The notes below the pieces were generated by a model. The model worked only from the letters and a program-made list of their open reading frames with translations, was not told where the DNA came from and did not search any database. Positions 44,409 to 51,563 of a stretch of 51,563 nt of DNA are shown here, in pieces. The stretch's first letter is position 1; each line of letters starts with the position of its first letter. Made by a program: the position numbers and the translations under genes. This DNA comes from a candidate division WS6 bacterium GW2011_GWF2_39_15 (lineage in GTDB: Bacteria > Patescibacteriota > Dojkabacteria > SC72): the NCBI GenBank assembly GCA_000993565.1, contig LBWK01000002.1, positions 290,800 through 342,362 on the forward strand, given 5' to 3'.

Positions 44409-45923
44409 TTACTCTTCCCTGACCCTATGAATATATTTGTCTTCATAGTATGTAAACTTTTCTTCAGGTAATAAAAGGACTTTATCAGGTTGAAACTCTT
44501 TCACGAACTCAGGCACATGGCTCACTAGAACTACTGTTCCTGTGTAATCTTTTAATGCATTAAGAAGTATCTTTTGTGAAGTAGGGTCGAGATATGTTGT
44601 AGGCTCATCAAGGAGCAGGGTATTACAGTTATGAGTAATAAGTTTTGCAAGTGATAATCTTGTTTTCTCGCCTCCTGATAACGTTGCTACTTTCTGATCA
44701 AGTCTATCATCATCAAAAAGAAAACCTCCAAGAATCTGCATGATCCTTTTCTTTCCGAGTTCCTTGGCTTTAGGATCACTTAGAAAGTTGTCTATAAGAC
44801 TTTTGTTGTAATCCAGACCATCGTACTCTTGTGCATAATATCCGATATCAACATTGTGACCGTATTTGTATATTCCTTCTGTCTGTTCGGTCTTTCCCGT
44901 CAGGATTTTGAGCAAAGTCGTCTTTCCAATACCGTTTCTTCCCACAATGATCATGCGTTCGCTTCTTGCCAGCGAGAAGGAGATATTTTTTAGTACTGCC
45001 TTACTCCCAAAGCTTTTAGAAATCCCTGTTACGTTAAGTACGTTTCGCCCGCTGGAACTTCCGGTTTCAAAAGCAATTTTCATATGCTTTGATTTCCTAC
45101 CTGTCTCTGTCATCTTAGTTTTAACTTCAGCATTTGCAGACTTCGCTCTTGCGAGTAGTTTCGCAGCCTTTATTTTCTCTTTTGCAGATTTTCTTCCTGC
45201 CAGTACACTTGCCGTCTCAAACATCTTTTTCACCTTCTTCTCCTGATTCTTTAAGGCTTTAACTAACCACTCGTTCTGCTTTTCCTTGAAAGTGAGGAAT
45301 TGTTCATAATTACCGTTAAAGCTCTCTACCTTGTGTGTCATCTCATTTAGGTACCAGATCCTGTCAATTGACCTGTTCATGAGTCGAAGATCGTGTGAGA
45401 CTACGAGGACAGAATTGGGGTATGTGGAAAGAAATCTCATGAGCCACTCAGCAGTAGGTATATCAAGGAAGTTAGTTGGCTCATCCAGAACGAGAAGGTC
45501 GGGTTTTTGTGATAGTATAGCCAAAAGCTCAATCTTTATTTTCTGCCCTCCCGATAGCTCACCGAATACGTTTTGAGGAACTTTATCATCCATATTCATG
45601 TAGTGAAGATACTTGGAAATTTCCCACGGTTGCATATCAAGTCCCTTTTCCAGTACTAGATACTCTTCAATACTTAATACATCAAATTTGTTATCTTCAA
45701 TATTCTTCTTTATTTCCTGTTCAAGGTAGGTAATGGTTCCATTGTTTTGAACATGGCCACTGTCAAGTTCCAGGTTGCCTGTTATCGCTCTTAAAAGGGT
45801 TGATTTGCCTGCACCGTTAACACCAACAAGGCCAATTTTTTCACCATCGTTTACTACGAGGTTTAGATGATCTAATATCAGCCTGTTCTCAATTGTGTAT
45901 GATATATCTTTAATCTGTACCAC
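44409..45923 (-). CDS. ABC-F family ATPase (two ABC cassettes, no TM domain)
   Basis: GTG start. Cassette 1 has GVNGAGKSTLL, LSGGQKIKIELL and LVLDEPTNFLD. A K-rich linker follows. Cassette 2 has GRNGIGKTTLL, LSGGEKTRLSLA and LLLDEPTTYLD. Confidence 0.9.
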   Translation of the reverse strand: MVQIKDISYTIENRLILDHLNLVVNDGEKIGLVGVNGAGKSTLLRAITGNLELDSGHVQNNGTITYLEQEIKKNIEDNKFDVLSIEEYLVLEKGLDMQPWEISKYLHYMNMDDKVPQNVFGELSGGQKIKIELLAILSQKPDLLVLDEPTNFLDIPTAEWLMRFLSTYPNSVLVVSHDLRLMNRSIDRIWYLNEMTHKVESFNGNYEQFLTFKEKQNEWLVKALKNQEKKVKKMFETASVLAGRKSAKEKIKAAKLLARAKSANAEVKTKMTETGRKSKHMKIAFETGSSSGRNVLNVTGISKSFGSKAVLKNISFSLARSERMIIVGRNGIGKTTLLKILTGKTEQTEGIYKYGHNVDIGYYAQEYDGLDYNKSLIDNFLSDPKAKELGKKRIMQILGGFLFDDDRLDQKVATLSGGEKTRLSLAKLITHNCNTLLLDEPTTYLDPTSQKILLNALKDYTGTVVLVSHVPEFVKEFQPDKVLLLPEEKFTYYEDKYIHRVREE

Positions 45924-45972
45924 GAAAGGATTTTATCATATAGGGGAGCTGAGAAGTAGCGGGATAAAGCTT

Positions 45973-46887
45973 TTATGAATGAAGTTTGAGTTTCGGAGTG
46001 CTTGAGAAGGGTGATCCAATTTCGACTTTTCCACTTGAGGTATCGCTAATACCGACGAATACTTCATATTTATCAGATGTCGCTATTTTCCTTATACCAC
46101 CGGGATATAATACATCTTCAAGGTCCTGCCTCTTTACTTTTATACCTTTTGGAAATATCTCCCTTTTGACTATAACTCTGTGATTTGAGACCTTTTTCGT
46201 AGTAGGGTTGAATTCGAAAGTTGTAACATGATAGTGGCGATTACCTTTCTCATCAAAATATGCGATATGTCCTAGTATACCCAGATCGCCGTTGTCAAGC
46301 TCATGTACCTCATTGCAGCCTCCCCACTCTTCATCTTTGTACAACCCTTCTATTATCTCGGCTCTCTGGATGCCTACGGTAATTTGCGTAAGGTTATCAA
46401 TTAAAGCGAAAGCTATCCTGCCTCTCCCCATGGGATCTTTGCTTGAGAGAACCTGCGGTCTGGAAAATACTGCGATCTTACGGTTTTCCAACTCTAGTAT
46501 TCTGATGCCTTTCATCTTGTTCGGACTTTCATAGTATAAAAACATATTTTCAAGGGATTTTCCAACGTATATTACAGTTGAGTAGTTTGATTCGTTTGGA
46601 AAGTTGGGGTTTGGTGTTACTTTCACACCGCCAAGAATGTATTCATTGCGGGTCTTTGTTATGAATGGATCCTGCATTGAGAAACTAGGAAGTTTGTGAT
46701 CCCGAACCCACCTGTTCTTACCGTCTTTCTGATAAAAGACTACAATGGATGCGAATTCATTTATTCTAGGTTCCAGCCTTATGGCAACGATTTCTCGCCC
46801 GTTGTACATAAAGGGAATCGTTGGGTTATATACATCATGTCCGTCAGGAACTTGGAAATTCTCAAGTTTTCCTTTTAAAACGCTCAT
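45973..46887 (-). CDS. beta-propeller glycosidase/phosphorylase-like protein (DUF1861 / GH130-like pattern)
   Basis: DVYNPTIPFMYNGREIVAIRLEPR..., QDPFIT and repeated beta-rich blades. The family assignment is by resemblance only. Confidence 0.45.
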   Translation of the reverse strand: MSVLKGKLENFQVPDGHDVYNPTIPFMYNGREIVAIRLEPRINEFASIVVFYQKDGKNRWVRDHKLPSFSMQDPFITKTRNEYILGGVKVTPNPNFPNESNYSTVIYVGKSLENMFLYYESPNKMKGIRILELENRKIAVFSRPQVLSSKDPMGRGRIAFALIDNLTQITVGIQRAEIIEGLYKDEEWGGCNEVHELDNGDLGILGHIAYFDEKGNRHYHVTTFEFNPTTKKVSNHRVIVKREIFPKGIKVKRQDLEDVLYPGGIRKIATSDKYEVFVGISDTSSGKVEIGSPFSSTPKLKLHS

Positions 46888-46907
46888 CTAGTCTTCGGTC
46901 GAGTTAT

Positions 46908-47879
46908 TTAACTGATCTTTGTAATAGTCTCGTATTCATGTCTTGCCCATAAATACATAATAGTTGACTCTGCTCCGAAGTTCTGGCTTATACAGTTTTC
47001 ATCTATTCCGTCGGCACAAGCGTTTTCTGGCGTGACAAGTGAGGTATGGCAGATGTTATTTCCGTAAAACCAATCCATCCAATCTTTGGCTTCACGTAAG
47101 TACTCTGAATTTTTAAAGTATTTGAAGGCGAGTGTCAACATTAAAACCATAAATGCCGCATCAATTGGTTGCTGGCCGAAATGATTATTGGCATTACCGC
47201 TAATCTCGTGTCTCTTCCTATTTCCGATTGGTGCAGGTATTTTACCTATTCTCATCTCTCGTTCCAGTGTATTGATGGATTCCAAGAGTATAGTGTCGTA
47301 TTTCTTGTGTGAAATGTTGAATTTCAAAAGATACAAAAGTATAGAGTATGGTATTGCCGCATTTGCATAGAACAGGTAATCCTCAAACCACTTATTTGAA
47401 CGGCTAGCGTAGTTATCAACTAGGTATTTGAGAGATATCTCTGCCAATTTCTTATCCCCTAAGTGGCTGTAAGCGGCAAGAGAATATGCACGGGGTCTGA
47501 TATGAACATCCTGACTGGTATAATTTGGGTCTAGACTGGATAGTAATTGCGTACATCTTTTCACTTCAAAATTCTTCTCAACGGCAAAGCCTAAAGCCCA
47601 AAGGGCCAGAGCAAAAGCATCATAAGAAGCTGGAAATGCGACTGATTTTCGCTCCTGATTAAAAAAGCCTACAAGATTGTTGCCGACTAAAGAGTTTTCA
47701 AGATATTGTAAGCAGATTTGGGCAAACTTTTTTTTGTTGTAGAGCAGAAATACAATTAGGGCACGGGCAGAATCATCGAGGGCATATCCTTCAGATCTAA
47801 GAATTTTTCCTTTCTTAGTATGTTGCCAGACCCCAAAATCGTCAGTTATTTTTTCAAGATATGCGGTTGGTCTTATCAT
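46908..47879 (-). CDS. hypothetical protein, probably an (alpha/alpha)6-barrel-like helical repeat (323 aa)
   Basis: Regular helix-hairpin periodicity with aromatic-rich helices (DDSARALIVFLL, ALALWALGFAV, AAFMVLMLTLAF). It overlaps the glycosyltransferase gene by 4 nt (ATGA). Confidence 0.6.
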   Translation of the reverse strand: MIRPTAYLEKITDDFGVWQHTKKGKILRSEGYALDDSARALIVFLLYNKKKFAQICLQYLENSLVGNNLVGFFNQERKSVAFPASYDAFALALWALGFAVEKNFEVKRCTQLLSSLDPNYTSQDVHIRPRAYSLAAYSHLGDKKLAEISLKYLVDNYASRSNKWFEDYLFYANAAIPYSILLYLLKFNISHKKYDTILLESINTLEREMRIGKIPAPIGNRKRHEISGNANNHFGQQPIDAAFMVLMLTLAFKYFKNSEYLREAKDWMDWFYGNNICHTSLVTPENACADGIDENCISQNFGAESTIMYLWARHEYETITKIS

Positions 47880-49066
47880 TTCTCTATAATTACCTTGAAA
47901 AGGTTAAGATATTTGGACGCCACTCTTGGCCACTGCATCGTTTTTCCTTTCTTGTATGCATTATTTCTATATGTTTCCATGAGCTCTGGTTTGCTGATTA
48001 CATTATTTACAGCATCTGCAATTGGAGCCGATTCTCTGAATGGAACAAGGATTCCCGTGTTATGGCTCAGCATTTCTTGTGCATATACGAAAGGTGTTGA
48101 TATACAAACTTTTCCTGCACCTAGTGCATAGGCAAGAGTTCCTGATGTAGGTTGCTGGGGTTCCAGGTGTGGCGTGAGAAAAAAATCTGCAGCCTTGTAA
48201 TACTCAATTAGCTCTTCAAGAGAGAGATACTGGTTAATAAAAACAACATGGTCTTCTACCTGCAGTTCTTTAGTTAGATTGATTAGGCTCTCTCGGTAAC
48301 TTTCCTTCTGACTCCGGATAACTCCGGGATGTGTTTTGCCCTGTATATAAAACTTGGTGTCAGGGTTTTGTTTCACTATTTCAGGCATAGCCTTAATCAC
48401 ATACTCGATTCCTTTACCCGGACCAATCAGTCCTGACATCATGAGGAGGTGCTTAGCCTTAATTCCCAGATACTTTTTATATCTCTCTGTTCCTGTAAAT
48501 TCGAAATTCGGGACTCCGTGGTGGATTAATACTGCGTCTTCTTCGTCGCAGCCGTATATCTGTACAAGTAATCTTCTGCTGTGTTCACTCATTGCTATGA
48601 CAGCACTGGAAGCTTCAATTATCCTTTGCATAATGTACTTCTGGTGTTCGGTTGGGTGGGGAAGTATTGTGTGAAAACAAGATACAATAGGCTTTTCTAG
48701 TAGATCTATAAGGGTCAGCACATACTCACCGTCATTTCCACCGTATATACCGAATTCGTGTTGCAGGCAGACTATGTCGGCGGTTGATTGGTTTATATAT
48801 TGTGCGGTTGAAACGTACGATCCTGGGTCTTCTCTTGAGAGCTTGTATTTGACGTCCCATGGAAAAGTATATTCTTCCATTCCATCATCAGAACAGACAA
48901 TCTCACCGGGCGCATCTGGATTCTGGTCGTTGATGGCGTGTACAAGATCTTTAGTAAATGTAGCTATACCGCATTTCATCGGAACATAGCTGGCTAAATA
49001 TATTGCCCTGATAGGTTTTAGCTCTTCTTCTAAAAATGTCGATAAATTGAGGCCTTTTTTTGACAT
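47876..49066 (-). CDS. family 4-like (GT-B, group 1) glycosyltransferase
   Basis: GIATFTKDL near the N-terminus, GLIGPGKGIEYVIKAMPEIV, and FFLTPHLEPQQPTSGTLAYALGAGKVCIST (E-x7-E-like region). I prefer the start at ATG 49066 (MSKKGL) over the TTG at 49153. Confidence 0.85.
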   Translation of the reverse strand: MSKKGLNLSTFLEEELKPIRAIYLASYVPMKCGIATFTKDLVHAINDQNPDAPGEIVCSDDGMEEYTFPWDVKYKLSREDPGSYVSTAQYINQSTADIVCLQHEFGIYGGNDGEYVLTLIDLLEKPIVSCFHTILPHPTEHQKYIMQRIIEASSAVIAMSEHSRRLLVQIYGCDEEDAVLIHHGVPNFEFTGTERYKKYLGIKAKHLLMMSGLIGPGKGIEYVIKAMPEIVKQNPDTKFYIQGKTHPGVIRSQKESYRESLINLTKELQVEDHVVFINQYLSLEELIEYYKAADFFLTPHLEPQQPTSGTLAYALGAGKVCISTPFVYAQEMLSHNTGILVPFRESAPIADAVNNVISKPELMETYRNNAYKKGKTMQWPRVASKYLNLFKVIIEK

Positions 49067-49367
49067 ATGATGTAAAAATAATGTTAACTCCGGAAGATAA
49101 AATTGGTTGGGTCTCGGATTATGACTGACTCCGAGTTGTTTGAAGGATCTCAAACGAAGGTCTTTTTCTTGCGTTTAAAGGATTCCTTTGATTAAACATA
49201 TTAAATTATAGCAGAGATCGGCTGTCAGAACCACTAGGCTAATACGGTTGGTAGTGTGGTCATAGAATTAGTGTCTATCCCATAGCTGCACAGAGGCTTT
49301 TGTGTCTATACTCGAATGTTTGAATGTGGTACTTTATAAGTAGTATTAAGTTAAAATAATCTTGGTA

Positions 49368-50831
49368 ATGCAAGAGCAATATTTAGGATTAGGAGACCAG
49401 TCTGTCCATAACGGTCAATATATGCTGACAGTATACAAAGTGGTTCCTTATGGTGAAGAGACTATAGAGAGTGCTGCTACAGAATTGGCTGCGGAGTCAT
49501 CTTCAGGTTCAAACCTTAAAGTCTCTACTGCTACAAACTATTCTATGAATCTGGATGCAATTGTTTATGATATAGATCACGATAGAAATCTTGTATATAT
49601 TGCATATCCCTGGCTTATGTTTGATAGAGGTGGGAATATCCAGAACATTTTGACCTTTGTTGCCGGTAATATATATGGAATGGGTAATCTCAAGGAGTGT
49701 AAACTCTTGGATGTGTGGTTTCCTCCGCAGATGTTAGTTCAGTATGACGGACCAAGTTACACGCTAGATGATATGAGAAAGTATCTCAATGTTTACGATA
49801 CTCCAATACTTGGAACAATTATCAAGCCTAAAATAGGTCTAACCTCAACGGAGTATGCCGAGCTTTGCTATGACTTTTGGGTTGGAGGAGGGCATTTTGT
49901 TAAGAATGATGAGCCACAGGCGGATCAGCAGTTTGCCCCTTTTGAGAAGATGGTTGACTCAGTTAGGATTGCTATGGATAAAGCGGAGAGGGAGACGGGT
50001 CATACTAAAGTTCATTCCTTTAACGTTTCAGCGGCTGATTATGACACCATGTTAAGAAGGACTGAATATATCCGTAATGTGATGAAACCGGGAAGCTACT
50101 CCTATCTTATAGATGGGATTACAGCAGGGTGGATGGCTGTTCAGACGTTACGCAGACACTATCCCGATGTATTTATTCATTTCCACAGGGCGGGGCACGG
50201 TGCTTTTACAAGAACTGAGAATCCAATAGGCTTTTCAGTTCCGGTTCTAACTAAATTTGCAAGACTTGCAGGGACATCAGGTGTTCATACAGGTACAGCA
50301 GGGGTAGGGAAGATGTCGGGGGATGGTAGAGAGGATATAGGGGCTGCAAAACAGGCATTGAAACTTCAGGCAAAAGGAGATTTCTTTAATCAGGTTTGGG
50401 CGGAGATACCCGAAAGAGATCCTGATATGCAGGAGATGATGAAGCGAGAAGAGATGTTCTGGGGTATGCCTACTCGAGAGCTTGCAAGAATTAGAAGAGA
50501 GAAAAAGCTTCAAATGGAAGTGACTGAAGAGCATACTATGTGGAGAGTGATTAAAAAGACTTCGCCGATTGTCTCCGGCGGGTTGAACCCTGTTCTTTTA
50601 CCAGAGTTTCTTGATGTATTTGGATCCATAGACTTTATAGTTACAATGGGTGGAGGTATTCATTCACATCCTCAAGGTACCGGTGCTGGTATTAAAGCTG
50701 TATTCCAGGCCTACGAGGCATGGATGGCCAATATCCCTCTTGAAGAGTATTCAAGAGATAAAGAGGAGCTAAGAGTTGCTATGGATTTCTACAATAGGTA
50801 TGGAACGCAGGCACATAGAGAGAAGGTTTAA
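49368..50831 (+). CDS. rbcL: ribulose-1,5-bisphosphate carboxylase/oxygenase large subunit, form II/III-like
   Basis: GTIIKPKIGL (the two catalytic Lys), FVKNDEPQ (carbamylated Lys plus Asp/Glu metal ligands), HFHRAGHG, SGVHTGTAG and GGGIHSHPQGTGAGIKA. No small-subunit gene is adjacent. The start is ATG 49368 (or TTG 49362). Confidence 0.9.
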   Translation: MQEQYLGLGDQSVHNGQYMLTVYKVVPYGEETIESAATELAAESSSGSNLKVSTATNYSMNLDAIVYDIDHDRNLVYIAYPWLMFDRGGNIQNILTFVAGNIYGMGNLKECKLLDVWFPPQMLVQYDGPSYTLDDMRKYLNVYDTPILGTIIKPKIGLTSTEYAELCYDFWVGGGHFVKNDEPQADQQFAPFEKMVDSVRIAMDKAERETGHTKVHSFNVSAADYDTMLRRTEYIRNVMKPGSYSYLIDGITAGWMAVQTLRRHYPDVFIHFHRAGHGAFTRTENPIGFSVPVLTKFARLAGTSGVHTGTAGVGKMSGDGREDIGAAKQALKLQAKGDFFNQVWAEIPERDPDMQEMMKREEMFWGMPTRELARIRREKKLQMEVTEEHTMWRVIKKTSPIVSGGLNPVLLPEFLDVFGSIDFIVTMGGGIHSHPQGTGAGIKAVFQAYEAWMANIPLEEYSRDKEELRVAMDFYNRYGTQAHREKV

Positions 50832-50891
50832 TTAAAGAAGGCTGTACTTATATGGTATAATCCCTAATTAGCTACTCTTAGAGTCTCGTTT

Positions 50892-51188
50892 ATGTCAGAA
50901 TATGCTTTTACTACCCCTCAATGCCATATTGAAGCGTATATAAAAGAAATACCGCCTAATTATCCCATAGCTCAATGGGCTATTGATATTGGGATATTTA
51001 ATCCTGAAACAGACGCATGGTTAGTCAGTATTACTGTCGGTAATGTAACAAATGCTATTAATCTAAGAAAAAGTGGAATAGGTAGTAAAGTTTTAGATGA
51101 TTTTGAATCTACTTATTCTGACTCCCACTTTAGAAAACCTTATGATGCTTTTAAAAAAATTTTTCATAAAAAAAATATCATTAATTGA
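50892..51188 (+). CDS. hypothetical protein (98 aa)
   Basis: Intact ORF. No motif recognised. Confidence 0.5.
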   Translation: MSEYAFTTPQCHIEAYIKEIPPNYPIAQWAIDIGIFNPETDAWLVSITVGNVTNAINLRKSGIGSKVLDDFESTYSDSHFRKPYDAFKKIFHKKNIIN

Positions 51189-51230
51189 TAATGTAGTGTA
51201 AAGAAAGACCGCTTTTGTGCACTGACCTCC

Positions 51231-51563
51231 ATGAAGTTATTGATTTTAGAAACGCCTGAAACAGACCCCTTAGAAAATCTCGCTTTAGAAATACAGCTTG
51301 GCAATTTTGTTCATAATAATCAATATATCCTTCGTTTATGGCACAATAGTCCTTCAATTATCATGGGGCGCTTTCAAAATGCTGAATTTGAAGTGAACCA
51401 GGATTTCACTCAAAAGCAAGGCATTCCTGTAGTAAAAAGGCATACCGGTGGTGGCACGGTCTATCACGATGAAGGCACCCTGAACATTAGCTTTTTTAAA
51501 CCCAGTAAGCCGCTGCTTTCGAAAGACGACCATAAGGATAGCAACTTTATTACTAAAAAATTA
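51231..51563 (+). CDS. lplA: lipoate-protein ligase A, N-terminal part (runs off the window)
   Basis: LRLWHNSPSIIMGRFQN...GIPVVKRHTGGGTVYHDEGTLNISF matches the LplA/LipB-type catalytic core (R..sGGG.VyHD.GnLn.s). The frame is open to the last base. Confidence 0.8.
   Translation, partial: MKLLILETPETDPLENLALEIQLGNFVHNNQYILRLWHNSPSIIMGRFQNAEFEVNQDFTQKQGIPVVKRHTGGGTVYHDEGTLNISFFKPSKPLLSKDDHKDSNFITKKL

Noticed and set aside
49055-49063. An A7/T7 homopolymer right after the glycosyltransferase start codon, and T8 at about 47731-47738, as possible phase-variation tracts.
   Set aside because: Tracts of 7-8 A/T are common in AT-rich genomes and encode Lys runs in frame. There is no evidence of length heterogeneity from a single sequence.
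1-51563. Scan for CRISPR arrays, IS elements, integrases, prophage genes, rRNA and alternative genetic code.
   Set aside because: I found no regularly spaced direct repeats, no transposase/integrase/RT motifs and no rRNA-like segments. The ORFs are long and intact under the standard bacterial code, so there is no sign of UGA recoding.

Overview
This is a 51.6 kb, AT-rich, densely coding bacterial window with about 55 protein genes on both strands, three canonical tRNAs (Asp-GTC, Leu-GAG, Val-TAC) and one aberrant tRNA-like element. I saw no rRNA, CRISPR array, transposase, integrase or reverse transcriptase. Recognisable genes are a small housekeeping set: dut, trxA, eno, tsaD, a TsaC-TsaE fusion, an ABC-F ATPase, an ECF sigma factor, an MFS transporter and an lplA fragment. 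They sit among many orphan hypotheticals, a form II/III-like RuBisCO and very large surface proteins. That mix is what is typically reported for Candidate Phyla Radiation / Patescibacteria genomes, but this placement is inference with no search behind it. The best candidate for an undescribed system is the co-directional locus at 2527-13004. It encodes a 2433-aa N-terminally anchored multi-domain surface protein and a 567-aa secreted Cys-rich protein that shares the giant's roughly 270-aa C-terminal module. The third gene encodes a signal-peptide protein with two Ig/PapD-like domains, two TM helices and a C-terminal SH3b domain. Secondary points of interest are the RuBisCO with a charged insertion, a twin palindromic operator in front of an auto-inhibited Fic gene, a T-arm-less tRNA-like element with its own extended -10 box, and the TsaC-TsaE fusion overlapping tsaD. 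All product calls come from motifs read by eye and no database was searched.
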